A stretch of 63,287 bases of DNA, filler included, from Gonapodya sp. JEL0774 (Eukaryota), in assembly GCA_027604505.1 (NCBI GenBank). It is 34 parts of 34 records of this genome, joined end to end, with 100 filler letters (N's around TTAATTAATTAA, not from the genome) between each part and the next. Parts side by side here need not be neighbours in the genome. Positions count along the whole stretch, not along the records: positions 24,325 to 26,092 come from JADIIX010002638.1; positions 26,193 to 27,958 come from JADIIX010002639.1; positions 28,059 to 29,824 come from JADIIX010002640.1; positions 29,925 to 31,690 come from JADIIX010002641.1; positions 31,791 to 33,554 come from JADIIX010002642.1; positions 33,655 to 35,417 come from JADIIX010002643.1; positions 35,518 to 37,280 come from JADIIX010002644.1; 27 more parts are not named here. One strand, 5' to 3'. Below, one piece after another: positions 25,327-37,380 of this stretch. A model generated the notes under the pieces. It was not told where the DNA came from and ran no database searches. It worked only from the letters and a program-made list of their open reading frames with translations. Every line of letters starts with the position of its first letter. Positions within the stretch are counted from its first letter, which is position 1. Position numbers and translations under genes: made by a program.

Positions 25327-25860
25327 GTGAGGGTGCAAAAGGAGTTTCGAGAATCATTTTGGTATGGCGGGACATACGTGGGCCCCAACAATGGCAATCA
25401 GATCATGTATCTCGTCAAACACAAAATTTCGTCTGTGTTTACGGATTTTGCTTCTGGTATCACTCATTTGCATGCACGAAGCGTTATTCACCGAGATCTG
25501 AAGGCGGGCAACTTGCTTCTTCAGTACAATGAGAGTGGACCGACAGCCCCATCATTACCTGCCCATGCAGAATGGCTCAGATCACCAAACTGCCTATTGG
25601 AGAGTACTACTGAGCGATTTTGGAGAGGCATTGTGTGGAACCATCGGTTCCAAAGGTTTAGTAACACATACTGGAGAGACTGGAACCCTTCACTACGCTG
25701 CACCTGAAGTTATATACGCTGGTGGAGTTGGCCCAGGATATTCTTCCAATATTTGGAGCCTCGGAGTTATCCTTTTTGCGATCTCTTAAGCACAGCTTCC
25801 TTGGAGGTCTGCCAACATGGATGGTATGCAAGGGGAGATCACCAGCTGTGACAAAGAGTG
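25327..25860 (+). pseudogene. Decayed IKS1-like Ser/Thr protein kinase
   Basis: HLHARSVIHRDLKAGNLLLQY, a frameshift, then RVLLSDFGE..TGETGTLHYAAPE..SNIWSLGVILF, and an in-frame TAA at 25787 before AQLPW. Confidence 0.8.
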
Positions 25861-26192
25861 AGTTTGTTCTGAGTATTCCATTACTGAGCATGTCTTTCTC
25901 ACCTCTTTCTCACACTCACGTTCTTTTTCCAAATACCCAATCATGTCTGTGTGGTCCTTCTCTGCTGTTGCGGACTCTCTCTTTTAGATGTTTTACAATT
26001 GTTTCGTTGAATGACATTGCCATGATCCGAACTGTGGGGCCACCCAGGCACAGGCCGTTCGTCACACACACTTGCCCCTCATAAACTGTCGCNNNNNNNN
26101 NNNNNNNNNNNNNNNNNNNNNNNNNNNNNNNNNNNNTTAATTAATTAANNNNNNNNNNNNNNNNNNNNNNNNNNNNNNNNNNNNNNNNNNNN

Positions 26193-27958
26193 GAGGGCAC
26201 CAACACAGAGGACAGCAGTGATGATGCCGACTACGTCGACGAACCTACTGACAACTCAGAGGTTGAATCTGGGGAAGAGAAGGATGACAAAAGTCACTCA
26301 AAGCGGAAGCACAGTCCCCGGTCTTCAGATGAAGATCGGCCCCCGCGAAAAAAGAAGACCTCGGCTTTTGCCAGGTTCGAAGACGCGCCTCCCAAACTCG
26401 CAGTGCACCCTGCAGTGGAAAAGTACCTGCTTGGGAAGGACAGGCTCAATCACCTCAAAGTGACATTCACCACCGATCACGCTCACAAACTCCATCGCCG
26501 GCTACGCGCATACGCTTTTCACACAGAGGTGACCACTCTCAAAACACCGCCGACACTCTTCAGTGACATGATGAAGAGCGCGTCCTCTCACTTCCGCGGC
26601 CGAGATCAACAGTCCATCATCAATGACCTAAAAGCCCAACAGAAGAATCTCGACAACGCTGATGAGTTCGCACTACTGGGACTAAAGGGGAATATTCTCA
26701 CAGCACATCTCCTTCAAACGGCTCTTGACGACATCAAAGCCGATCTTACTACTCCTGATGAGCTGATCGCAGAAATACGCAGCGCAGTGGAGCTTGTGCA
26801 CGGCATTGACATCACAAAACGGCCGGCTTCGTCTGAAGATAAACCTCCCGCACCTCCCACTGCTGCGGCAGGGCCACCTCCAGAGCAAGTTGAACCGCCC
26901 GCGGTTACGGAGGAGCCGGAGATATCACCCGAGGAGACTGCGTTGGACATGGTCCATCAACTCACCCTTGCGTTACTCAGGGTGCAGAGGAAAGTTTCTA
27001 AACATCTTCAGATGGTGGAGGAGGCTTTAGACACAGCTGTCTTGAACACTCTGCATGCTCAAGTCATCACTTCCGACTTTACAGTACAGAAGGTCCGGAA
27101 CGTCTTGAAGCTTGCCGACCCCAAAGCAAAGCTCATCTCGCAGATCAATCGCTCCGGAGGAACACCGGTCTGGTCTGGCACCCGGCCAACCCTTCCTGAC
27201 GGCACATATGACTTTAGTAAACCACTTGAGCTCATAGCAGCCAAAGATGTTCCCATGCTTGATACCGCCGGCAGGGAACTCTCATCCGCACTCACAAAGG
27301 TTCGGGCCACAAAGTCAAAGCCCTTTTCTGACAGCGCCAACCCCCATCGTGGGCGCGGGAAAAGTACACGATACAGTTACTCACGGGGCCGGTACCAGAA
27401 GTACCGTGGTGGATTCAAGTCACAAGGAGGATACAAGTTTCGTAATAGTGGATACTACGGTTCCTTGCCACACGATGGGTACCGCTCTTACAACACACCC
27501 CCCAGCAACGACAGCTCCCCCACACCAGGCACGTCCTCAGGTGGGAGTGGGCAGAGTTTTCGGGGGGGCCGCGGGCGGGGCCGCGGCCGGAATTAGAGAC
27601 ACTCCCCGCTCCGCCGACAATTGTCTACCGTCCCGCGACATTCGTCTCGTCGGCGGAGTACGGCGGAGATCTTGCAGCGACCATGCTCCAAGAGATCGAC
27701 GAATTTCGCAACGACTTCTTGAAAGCAGAGGACCCTCTGCTCAACAACCTACACCTGCCAGTCGACCACGTGGAGGGCTGGATAGAGTGGCAATCACAAG
27801 AACCCGCGACCACTCCATGGGTCCCGCTGCCACTTGCTCCACACGAGCCAGCATCACCTCGTCCACCACTCCACTCGATCAAGCCGACCACAAACCAGAT
27901 CGAGAAAATTGCATTCGAAGGAATCCCGTCAGAGAGGTGGTACGAAGAGTGGAAGCGC
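26193..27958 (+). mobile_element. Probable retroelement gag-like ORF1 (26193-27596) with overlapping -1-frame ORF2, DIRS/Ngaro-like layout
   Basis: Intronless ORF ending in an RGRG/RGG-rich tail; the -1 frame is open from about 27446 to the contig end (..EGIPSERWYEEWKR). RT motifs are not reached. Confidence 0.45.
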
Positions 27959-28222
27959 NNNNNNNNNNNNNNNNNNNNNNNNNNNNNNNNNNNNNNNNNN
28001 NNTTAATTAATTAANNNNNNNNNNNNNNNNNNNNNNNNNNNNNNNNNNNNNNNNNNNNGACAAAAGCCACTAAACGCGAACGTTCCAGGTGCGTGGGGTG
28101 CGTTGTTCTCGGCAATCCAGATGTCCACGCCCGACTGCAACTGGACCAACCGCCACCACGTCAAACGTCCAAAATCCCTCACACACGTCCTCACGAGGCC
28201 AACTCCCGTTCCGCACACCACC

Positions 28223-29824
28223 TCACGTAACCAACGGATCCTCACCATCGTCGCCGACCCCACCCGTCTCACCGTCACGGTCCCAGCTCTCATGTTCCCG
28301 TCTCCTCTTCGACCTCCTCACCGCCACCGCTCCCATAGATCCTGTCTCGGCCCCAGATTCCCACCACGCACACCTCCACGGTCCTTTCCGGCCTCCCGCC
28401 GGCGAACTCGAAACGGACGTCGTGACCGCCTGTACCCGTCCCGAACGGTCTGCGATCGCGGCAATCATCTCGTCCTCGTCCTCGTCTTCGTCTTGCAGGT
28501 AGTGGTAGGGGCATGAGTGCGAGTTTGTGGGTCGTAAGGTGGTCGCGCTCTCGCCAGGCTTGAGCGACCAGTCATATGTCACTGCCGGAGATTCCAGTAC
28601 AACAGGTTGTCCTTCCCCCCCCTCTTCCGCTCGTTTCTCAATTTCTTCCCCGCGTTCATCGTTGTCATCGTCCTCCACGAGCCTCGCCCGTCTCATCTTA
28701 CGGGCACTCCTCGCCATGGTTTTGTCAGGGTGGAGCTGGCTGATTCCCGAAGGTGCGGGACATGCGTCTCCAGATGACGGTGACGCGGTCGAGAGAGTAG
28801 ATGCTGTGAGGTGCGATGTAGGCGCGGGGCGGGTGACAGGCAAAGGGTGTGCCGAGGCGGTCAAGGTGGTGTGTTTCCGTTTGAGGGGGGACGAAGTGAC
28901 TTCCGAGTGGGAGTGGGGGGAGGAAGGTGGCGCGATCGGAGACGAAGATGTGCGTAGGAGGTGTGGCAAAGGATTGCGGTACGATGCCCATGCCCTGGAG
29001 TCCAGTGTGGTGGCGGTCCGAGTGGAGGAGGAAACAAAGTCGTCGTCCCGTGGTTCCTCCTTGACCCTGACCGCGAGCATGTCAGTGGGATGTAAGGTGC
29101 CGGCGGAGTCTGTGGGCTCGTCTTTGACGGGGACGAGATCATCGTCCGGGGAATGAGTTGTGGGGAGTGGAGGCGCGACGGGGTCTTGAGGTTCCAGTTT
29201 CACTAGCATAAGAACACCCTCGGCCGCGGATGAATGTTTATCCTCGGTTTCTTGTTTGACGGCAGGATCGGCACTCTGCGAGGCTGCGGCTGCGGCGTCT
29301 GGGTCTGGTTTGATGTCGAGGATGGGATCGACATTTGGGGGTAAGCGTTCCACTTCCGAATGCTCCTGCTCCTCTTGGAGATTTTTGCGATGATAAGAAG
29401 AGAGGAGATCGAGTGGTCTAGACGTGACGAGATCGTCTTCATCGTCTTGTTCTGCTCCTAAGTCGGATGAGAGCAACGAACAAGGAGGGTGTGAGAGCAG
29501 CTGCTGGGGTTTCCGAGTGGGCTTGACCTGTTTTCTGCGTTTGAGAGAGTCCACGGTGGGGCTCGGGGAGATGTGGACCGTGAACGAGGACTCGAAGTCG
29601 TCAGAGTCGAGTGGTTTTAGCGAGGTGTCAGAAGACGAGTGTCGTACATGTTGTCCAGGTTGTCCGGGTTGTCTACCTCCTCGAGGAGTCATGCGCGATG
29701 CCGAGGAGGCGAGTGACTTTTTGCGGAGCGAGGATGGAGTGGGAGATAAAACGGAGGAGGAGGATGCGCTAGCTTTGGCGCGTCTGCCCTGGTAAAGTCC
29801 GTGACGATCCGTATCACTTTCATC
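28223..29824 (-). CDS. Low-complexity, probably nuclear protein fragment with repeated VKxE motifs
   Basis: Frame open from the contig edge (over 500 codons); S/P/D/E-rich. Confidence 0.55.
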   Translation of the reverse strand, partial: DESDTDRHGLYQGRRAKASASSSSVLSPTPSSLRKKSLASSASRMTPRGGRQPGQPGQHVRHSSSDTSLKPLDSDDFESSFTVHISPSPTVDSLKRRKQVKPTRKPQQLLSHPPCSLLSSDLGAEQDDEDDLVTSRPLDLLSSYHRKNLQEEQEHSEVERLPPNVDPILDIKPDPDAAAAASQSADPAVKQETEDKHSSAAEGVLMLVKLEPQDPVAPPLPTTHSPDDDLVPVKDEPTDSAGTLHPTDMLAVRVKEEPRDDDFVSSSTRTATTLDSRAWASYRNPLPHLLRTSSSPIAPPSSPHSHSEVTSSPLKRKHTTLTASAHPLPVTRPAPTSHLTASTLSTASPSSGDACPAPSGISQLHPDKTMARSARKMRRARLVEDDDNDERGEEIEKRAEEGGEGQPVVLESPAVTYDWSLKPGESATTLRPTNSHSCPYHYLQDEDEDEDEMIAAIADRSGRVQAVTTSVSSSPAGGRKGPWRCAWWESGAETGSMGAVAVRRSKRRREHESWDRDGETGGVGDDGEDPLVT

Positions 29825-29935
29825 NNNNNNNNNNNNNNNNNNNNNNNNNNNNNNNNNNNNNNNNNNNNTTAATTAATTAANNNNNNNNNNNNNNNNNNNN
29901 NNNNNNNNNNNNNNNNNNNNNNNNCCTGCAAGGGA

Positions 29936-30718
29936 ATGTTTCACGACGGGGGAGGATTTGCCAATAAACGTTCATATCAGCAGCACGTTAATTGCACCGG
30001 AACGCCGCCAGATTATGCTGATCTATCAAAATCCGCATCTTTACTAAAGCCAGTGAAATTGTCGGCGCTTCTTAAGGCGCCAGCTCCGTCGCCATTCTCC
30101 ACAAGCTTCCCCATCGACGCGGCTATTGAAGCCGTCATGTTGGCCGCCATTGAACTTCGACTTTGCAGTGATGAGACCGGTGATAGCTCGGAACAGAGTG
30201 TCCAGAACTTGTGGCAACCCGGGTCGAGGATGAATGATCGAACGGGACATCCTTCAACCCAACTAATATCCCCATCGACAATACAAGCCAATTCAGTCGT
30301 AAATACGGTGTCCTCTGATCAACACTTACTGCGGCGTAGTGCCAACCGCCATTGGCCTCCTTCCTTGTCCGCCACTAGGGGCGCTGCGCTCTCTCCAGAG
30401 CCACCAACCCCAAACTCAGTATCATTTCACCGTCACCCCACGGACCCTTCTTCCCTGATTCTGTTACCTGGAGAAATTCTTACCTCTGATGCAAAGCAGC
30501 ACGCACCGTACTTTGCTTTCCCTCCCTCACGGTCTCTTTCGTGGAATCATGCTCTTTCATCCTGGAACCTTGCTCTGTCACCTCTCCCCGAGGAGATGTT
30601 ACAGGGGACTGTCCAAGCAACTAATGATTGCGGAGGAGTGTTTGAAGTGCGGTGGAAAGACGGTGCTATCGAGGTGGGTGGCTGGATTGGGAGACCGGCG
30701 CCGTCATCAGGTAGTTGA
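29936..30718 (+). CDS. Hypothetical protein, C-terminal fragment
   Basis: 260-codon ORF with a Trp-rich, apparently folded C-terminal segment; family not recognised. Confidence 0.4.
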   Translation: MFHDGGGFANKRSYQQHVNCTGTPPDYADLSKSASLLKPVKLSALLKAPAPSPFSTSFPIDAAIEAVMLAAIELRLCSDETGDSSEQSVQNLWQPGSRMNDRTGHPSTQLISPSTIQANSVVNTVSSDQHLLRRSANRHWPPSLSATRGAALSPEPPTPNSVSFHRHPTDPSSLILLPGEILTSDAKQHAPYFAFPPSRSLSWNHALSSWNLALSPLPEEMLQGTVQATNDCGGVFEVRWKDGAIEVGGWIGRPAPSSGS

Positions 30719-32684
30719 GGCGGGATCGTTTGAGCGATGTTGACAAATTACATAACTGACGCAATACTTGAGCGTTTGAACGAGTTTGAGATTTGCCTGT
30801 AGATAAAAACCTTGAACTTGTGCATGCACCTCAAAATCGAAGACACTTTCAACATTCTATTATGTTGAAGACATATGAACTATTTAGAAGAGGAGGGCAC
30901 CTTTCGCTTGTAATGTGAAGCAACGTCTAAAGCGGGTATGTTGTCCATTTCACTGCAAGGTGGTAGGTCTTTGTTCATCCGTTTGCATTTGGACGGCCCA
31001 TGAGTGCGATGTGCTTTGAGCTCACTGCACCCTACCAGATTCCTTATGATTGTCGACTCCTTGGTCGGGCGAGTATGCGTGATGCATACATTGCCATTCA
31101 TGTTGATCTTTTATGCCGTTCTTGGTCAGTATATCTGCAAGATGAGGTGTCAGTGGTGATGTCACAGATATTTTGCTTGTCACAAAAACCAATCATTCAT
31201 GCAAATCTTTCAACATTCCATTCCAAATGCATCGAGTGCAACATCATCCTGGAATTGCCGCGCATCCGATTGTGTCCGAGCTGTGGCAAGCCGGCGAACC
31301 TGATGTGAGTGTTCATAATCTGCACCCCACATAAGAGCGGAGGGACCTGTGCAACTACAATGTATTAGAATATGTGATCTTTTCACAGGTGCAAAGACGT
31401 GCGCCGGTATTTTTCATATGGGAGGCGGGTTCCTCCGTATATACACACCAAGAAACGTCCTTTGTAGAACCTCCACGTGCCATCAGCCGAGCACTGTCGT
31501 ATTTGGACTCTGGATTCTCATCGCAGTCTGAGGTACCCATTTTCATCTGTCTGTTCTCGCCATTTCTGGTGAAGTTTTGATGTCTCCTTGACCCTACTGT
31601 CGCTGGGGATCAACGCCGACACTCACTGAAAAGATGTCCTCACGACGTCGCCAAAACAAAGCCAGGGATGACCGTGAAGGCATTTCCAGANNNNNNNNNN
31701 NNNNNNNNNNNNNNNNNNNNNNNNNNNNNNNNNNTTAATTAATTAANNNNNNNNNNNNNNNNNNNNNNNNNNNNNNNNNNNNNNNNNNNNTTGTCAGAGT
31801 GGTAAACCATTGATCCCAGCTCCTCGAGGGTCTAATTCATGATTGTATATAAACCGCAGTTGGTGAACTAACTTAATACTTGCAGATTGCCACCAATACA
31901 GGCTGGGTAAACGTGATTATACCACCTAGTGTTACAGCGTGGCTAAAAACATGAGCGAATAATTCACCGATTACCTATGAGAAATACACCAAGGGGTGTT
32001 TTGGGGTGGTTTCGCAAAGGTAAACACAGATTCCCATTTCAGGTAATAGATTGCCGGAGATCTCCCCAGCTCCCTCGAATGAGAACAGAAATTCATCAGA
32101 CGCAGTTGGGTACGATTGCCTTTTCTCCAGTCATAGTCTCGTTTGGGTTATAATAGCTGAGACTTGTGAACTTTCAAAGATTCGCCGAAGTTTCCCAATC
32201 GAATACATAGTACCATCGCGGACGCAGGAAATTCGCTGAAACTTGTGCAACTAGGCTACGATGAGAATGTGACGAGAATGTGACGCAGAAACAGTAAATT
32301 GACTCGCGTTGAGGTTTGGCGAATCAATCGAGTAGCAGCATCACAATAACAGTCACATATGTATTCAAGCTCATTACAGAACCAAGAGCAAGGTGAAGAA
32401 TATACAATCGAAACTTTGTACTGCGTACAACTTAACCCTGACGACAGAGCCCGACGACAGGACTGGTACTAGGAGTGCTCTGTAATAAGGTGATCGACAA
32501 ATTTGAAGTGAGTTATTATCATGACTCATGGTTTCCACTGCGCGACTCACTTAAAAAATGATGGAGTTCACTAAAAAGGGGGCCGAGTCGGTGCAGAAAC
32601 ACCTGATGTTGTGCGGCAGCTGTGAGGGGTTGATCGTAAGCGAAATGAGATACCTTAGTGTCACGATTATAGCATAGAGTAGAC

Positions 32685-33554
32685 TCACCGTTTCAAATTA
32701 AGGAGTACATTTGCGAGTTCAGCGTCCTCTGACGTCACTCGACTGATCCTCGGCGGGTAAGGACTCATTCGACAACCAGCTTGAGCTCCAGTTCGGGACG
32801 AAAGACTCGATTCCTGAAGGTCGCAGTACGACAATTTTAGGTGACCCATCACTGCATCCAACGAATTCGCATATGGCAAACACACCTGCAGACCTCCTGT
32901 CCGCCCCTCCTTCTGCGTTTGACCTCCTGTGAACGCTGGCTGGACTTGGCGGTCAATGGTATTCCATTTCAAAGCTGATTGAGCGAGCAGGGTCCTCAAC
33001 TGCCGGAAATTTAGGTCACCTATCAGGGCATTCAACGTCCTCGCATATGCAAAACACACCTGCGCTAGATACACTTTCGGCTCCTCTTTCCGCGGTTGAT
33101 TTTCTGTGATCGCTGGCTGGATTGGGCCGTTGATGATCTTCGCTTTCAGAGCTATTTCAACGAGTTGTGCCGTCGTAATCAACTGCCGGAATTTTGAGTG
33201 ATCTATCACGGCATACAACAACCGCACATAAGTAAAACACACCTGCAGACCTCCTTTCGGCTCCTCCTTCCGCGGTTGACTTCTGGTGATCGCTTCTCGG
33301 AGCCGTTGGTATTCCCTCTGAGCTCCAGTGAGTTGCGTCCTCAACTGTTGGTTCTGCAACTCCAGCTGCTTTTTCTGCGCCTCCACACGACTCATCTGCG
33401 TCTCCATTAGCGATTTCTGCGCGGCCGCCAGCACTCTCCGGTTCTCCAACTGGAACTCCAACTCCCTCTTCCGTGACTCCAACTGGCTGCTCAGCAACTC
33501 CATTTGCGCTAGTCGGGGTGGCATGAAGGCAACAAACATTCTCCGGAGTTCTTC
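32685..33554 (-). CDS. Coiled-coil protein with three tandem exon-intron repeats
   Basis: LESRKRELEFQLENRR heptads; about 180-bp triplicated unit, each with a CAG|GTGTGT donor and a CAG acceptor. Confidence 0.6.
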   Translation of the reverse strand, partial: EELRRMFVAFMPPRLAQMELLSSQLESRKRELEFQLENRRVLAAAQKSLMETQMSRVEAQKKQLELQNQQLRTQLTGAQREYQRLREAITRSQPRKEEPKGGLQVCFTYVRLLYAVIDHSKFRQLITTAQLVEIALKAKIINGPIQPAITENQPRKEEPKVYLAQVCFAYARTLNALIGDLNFRQLRTLLAQSALKWNTIDRQVQPAFTGGQTQKEGRTGGLQVCLPYANSLDAVMGHLKLSYCDLQESSLSSRTGAQAGCRMSPYPPRISRVTSEDAELANVLLNLKR

Positions 33555-33654
33555 NNNNNNNNNNNNNNNNNNNNNNNNNNNNNNNNNNNNNNNNNNNNTT
33601 AATTAATTAANNNNNNNNNNNNNNNNNNNNNNNNNNNNNNNNNNNNNNNNNNNN

Positions 33655-33686
33655 AGCACGGCTAGTGTTGCCAGACTGAACTTCAT
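33655..33686 (-). CDS. Start of a secreted protein (signal peptide MKFSLATLAV)
   Basis: Typical signal-peptide opening at the contig edge; only 10 codons visible. Confidence 0.4.
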
Positions 33687-34271
33687 TGAGGGTATGGTTT
33701 TGAGCGGTGAGAGACCGTTTGGTAATTTTTCTGATGGACTAGTAATGAGATGAGCTCGGAAGTGCGTTAGGCACATTCCATACAAAGCGCCACAGACAGG
33801 CATACTCGCGCAATATTTTCCCTTGTTGCTTTTAGAGTTCCTGATAGCCTGTGCAATCATGATTGAAATTTCTCCACATAGTTGTTTGTGCGGTTGGCCG
33901 GCTTGAAAGTCGAGGTTACAGATGTACCTGACCTTCGCACTCCGTCATTGAAAACACCTCATGTGCACTATCATTCCAACACAAACCAAAAATTTTGTTG
34001 AGACTCAACTCCGGGAGGATTGGAGACACACCAACCCGTGTCGGCAAGATCAGAACAGATTAAAGAAACATGACATTCACACGGTACTTTTATTGTACTA
34101 TTGCCGGCGCCTGCGCCCGTATGCAACACGCATACAATGGTGCATATCTTTCCTCACTATGTACTACTCATGAAAATCCCAATTCAACAACTGTGCGAAC
34201 AGAGAACCCCAGCAATCCACGAGAAGTATAGACACCCGCTCACAAAGAACAACAAACCACCCCACCGACGC

Positions 34272-35417
34272 TCAAAGAGCCATCGCCAGTCCCATCGCCA
34301 CCGCCGCAACCGCGCCGGCCACACCGCTCCGCAGTCCCACAACCCCGCCAGTCTTGGTTCCGGTTTGCGTCGCTGCCGCCGCTGCAGCACCCGACAGTGT
34401 TGCCGTCGTTGTAGCCGCGGTGGTCGCCACGGTGGTGGAGCTCTTCAGAGCCGTAGTGCTGCTGGTCTTGGCGGTCGTTCCAACACTTGCACTCGCACTG
34501 GCAGCTGGTCCAGCCGACCCGGGTCCGCCTTGGCCGCCACCCATACCGCCGCTCGCACCGCCGTTCCCACCAGATGCAGAGTTTGCCGTGCCTCCGGTGA
34601 CCGAGTCGTAGACGTAGGCCGGGGACACTGTTGACGATGCGGATGTGTCGATGCCGACAGTGACCCATGCGAGCACGCCGTCAGCCAGGGTGCTTCCCAA
34701 GAGCACGTATGTGACGATAGGGTCAAATCCATTGGCTGTTGATTCAGAGAGGATGCTGTCGGCAGAATTGAGTGTGACTGATTGGCTGTTGCCGCTGTAT
34801 GGGGAGATAGCATCCACGGCGGTGATAAGCGACTGATCAAAGAAGAGCTGTCCGACGTGGGTGGCGTTGGCGTTGATGGTTACAGTGGTGCCGTTTTGGA
34901 AGACAGAGGACGAGGTGTGGCTGAGGAGGTGGATGTGGGTGGCACGCCTAAATGAACGAGAATCAGGATGGTCAGAGACGAAGTACAGATGACAAGGTCA
35001 GAAAGTTGCAGTACACCCCCCCACTCGAGGTGTTTTACTCACCCCGTGTAGTGGCCTGGGAAGTTGGTGTGAAACTGCACGACACCGTCGGTTCCTGTCT
35101 GAGCAATACCGCGGTTGTGGGTCTTATTCTACACGACGCAATCAAATCAGGGGAAAATAAGAAATTTCAATGGCGTTTTCTATGAGCTCTCACTACCGAA
35201 ACAGTGGCCATAGTGTACTTACAGCATTCGACAGATCGGCAGAGTTCCCGTTACCATTGGCCACGACGCCGGAGTACACGCCGGTCGCATTCGCATGCCA
35301 GAAGTCAACCCAAATGTTGGGCACCGCAGCACACGTTGATACGTCCACAAACTGTATGTCGACATAGAGTGACACGCCTTCTTCCCCGTCACGCACATCG
35401 GTGCGGAGGTATTCGCC
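34272..35417 (-). CDS. Extracellular intradiol ring-cleavage dioxygenase with S/T/A stalk and GPI-like C-terminus
   Basis: VDFWHANATGVYSG, FPGHYTG|RATHIH, HVGQLFFDQ; ends ..SGVAGAVAAVAMGLAMAL*. Confidence 0.9.
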
Positions 35418-35517
35418 NNNNNNNNNNNNNNNNNNNNNNNNNNNNNNNNNNNNNNNNNNNNTTAATTAATTAANNNNNNNNNNNNNNNNNNNNNNNNNNN
35501 NNNNNNNNNNNNNNNNN

Positions 35518-36528
35518 GCGACCGCCACACATGCCTCAGTCTTTCTGTACATCACGTGGTCACTCCTCGTTGTCGCTGCGTTGGTGAGTCCGACGGCGAC
35601 AGTATGATTGTACACGTGTGCACGCACGAAATTGAAACCCACTCCATCTGACTGTCCCTCCCACCATCCCACCACTCCCTCCGCTATCCACCCGAACCCC
35701 AACACCAACACCAACCTTGCACCATCGTCCATCGGCTATCGTACCTATCCTATCCTATCCCAGGCCGGCGCTGGCACCACCTGGCTCCTCGAGGAGCAAG
35801 AACGCCACCAGGTCCAACACGCCATGCAAGAGAAACGCCGCATCACCATAAAACGCGCCATGAGCAAGGCCGGTGGTGCGAAGACCGCCGCGTCTGCGTC
35901 TCGAGGAACCGGTGCGGGTGCGGGTGCGGACGACTCCCGGTCCACGGCCCAGCAGGATTCTAGGGGGAGGGATCTGGCCCCCGCAGCCGAGTCGGGGAAT
36001 TTGGGGAGGAAGAACAGTTACAGGACCGCTGGTGGGGACCGGGTAGACCCGTTTGCGGACCCGGCTGGAGGTGACGACTCGCGGGTCGCAGGCGGTTCCA
36101 GGGGCCCCTACCGCCTGCCCTCGCCAAACTACGACGACGGGCAGACCCAGGTGAGACGGAACCCGAGCCAGAACCAGCGGAGGACCAGTCCAGACGAGAG
36201 GGACGGTGGTGGTGCCGGTGGTGGTCGCGGGCGAGACCGAGACCGCGAAGTGGACTCGCGGCGACTCTCCCAGCCCAAATCCTCGGCCCTCTACACCGTC
36301 GAACTCCCCGCCAGCTTTTCCCCCCGTGATCGTGACGACGAGTACGAGAGCGTGCGTGGTGGGCGGCCGGGCAGGGCACGGTCTGTGCCACGATCGCAGG
36401 GCCAGGGCGGGCTGGAACGGTCGGGATCCACGGCCGGGAACCAGTCGGGACCGCTGGGGAGGGCCAAGTCTGTGTCGAGGCAGGGCGGGGGAGTGGAGAG
36501 GGGGCAGTCGAGGAGGTACTACGACTGA
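35518..36528 (+). CDS. Membrane protein C-terminus (last TM helix plus R/G/S-rich tail; SUR7/PalI-like possible)
   Basis: ASVFLYITWSLLVVAAL|AGAGTTWLL joined across a GTGAGT..CAG intron, then a long charged tail. Confidence 0.5.
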
Positions 36529-37380
36529 GCTGAGGAGCGAAGATGAACGGGGAGGGGAAGTGACGCTGCGCGCTGGGCGTGCTTGGAAACCAACAACAAT
36601 CCGGGACGGGCATACCCCAAGATGGTGGAGGAGACACGGCGTATTCCCACATCCTTTTCAAACCGTGGCACGATTATTTTTTTTCTTTTCTGCGTTCTCT
36701 GATGTCTCGAACTTCGCAAATCGCAACAAATGTATTCTCTGTAGAATTTTTGGAAATCGAACATGATTGTGGTTCGGCGCATCCGCACAAGTACTCGAGC
36801 GGGCCAACCCACGGTGATGGGAAACAAATGTACGCGTGGTGGTTGGGTTTGGGTTTGAGAGTGGGAGGTGTGATAATGTGAAAAGGTCCCCCCGGTGCGC
36901 GAGCAATTTTGGGAAGGTTGGACTGCGATTTCAAAGATTTATTCCCCGGCTAATCGATAAAGCAGATTCGATTGATAAAGTGGAATCGGAGCCGCATTTT
37001 TGAATGGTCCGACCACGACTCGATGACGTTTGTCGACCTGGCGCAGGCGGATCAAGCCGTGTCCACTAACGCATGTGTGTTGTTTATCTGCTCGATATAC
37101 TGAGACGACGCTCTTCTCCTTCCCATGGCTGCCGAGCTTCTGTCATGTCTTTTTGTTGCTGTTCTGCAGAAAAACGGGACTTGTTGTTCACTCATGTAAC
37201 GCGACAGCATACCCGTCTCAAGTTGCTCAGAGGTTGCCATCAACAAGTTTTGTTCTCCTGCTATAGTACTCGTCTTCAATNNNNNNNNNNNNNNNNNNNN
37301 NNNNNNNNNNNNNNNNNNNNNNNNTTAATTAATTAANNNNNNNNNNNNNNNNNNNNNNNNNNNNNNNNNNNNNNNNNNNN

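Noticed and set aside
30880..31690. Possible minus-strand gene remnant
   Set aside because: Splice-like signals are present, but no frame-consistent model or family motif could be built.
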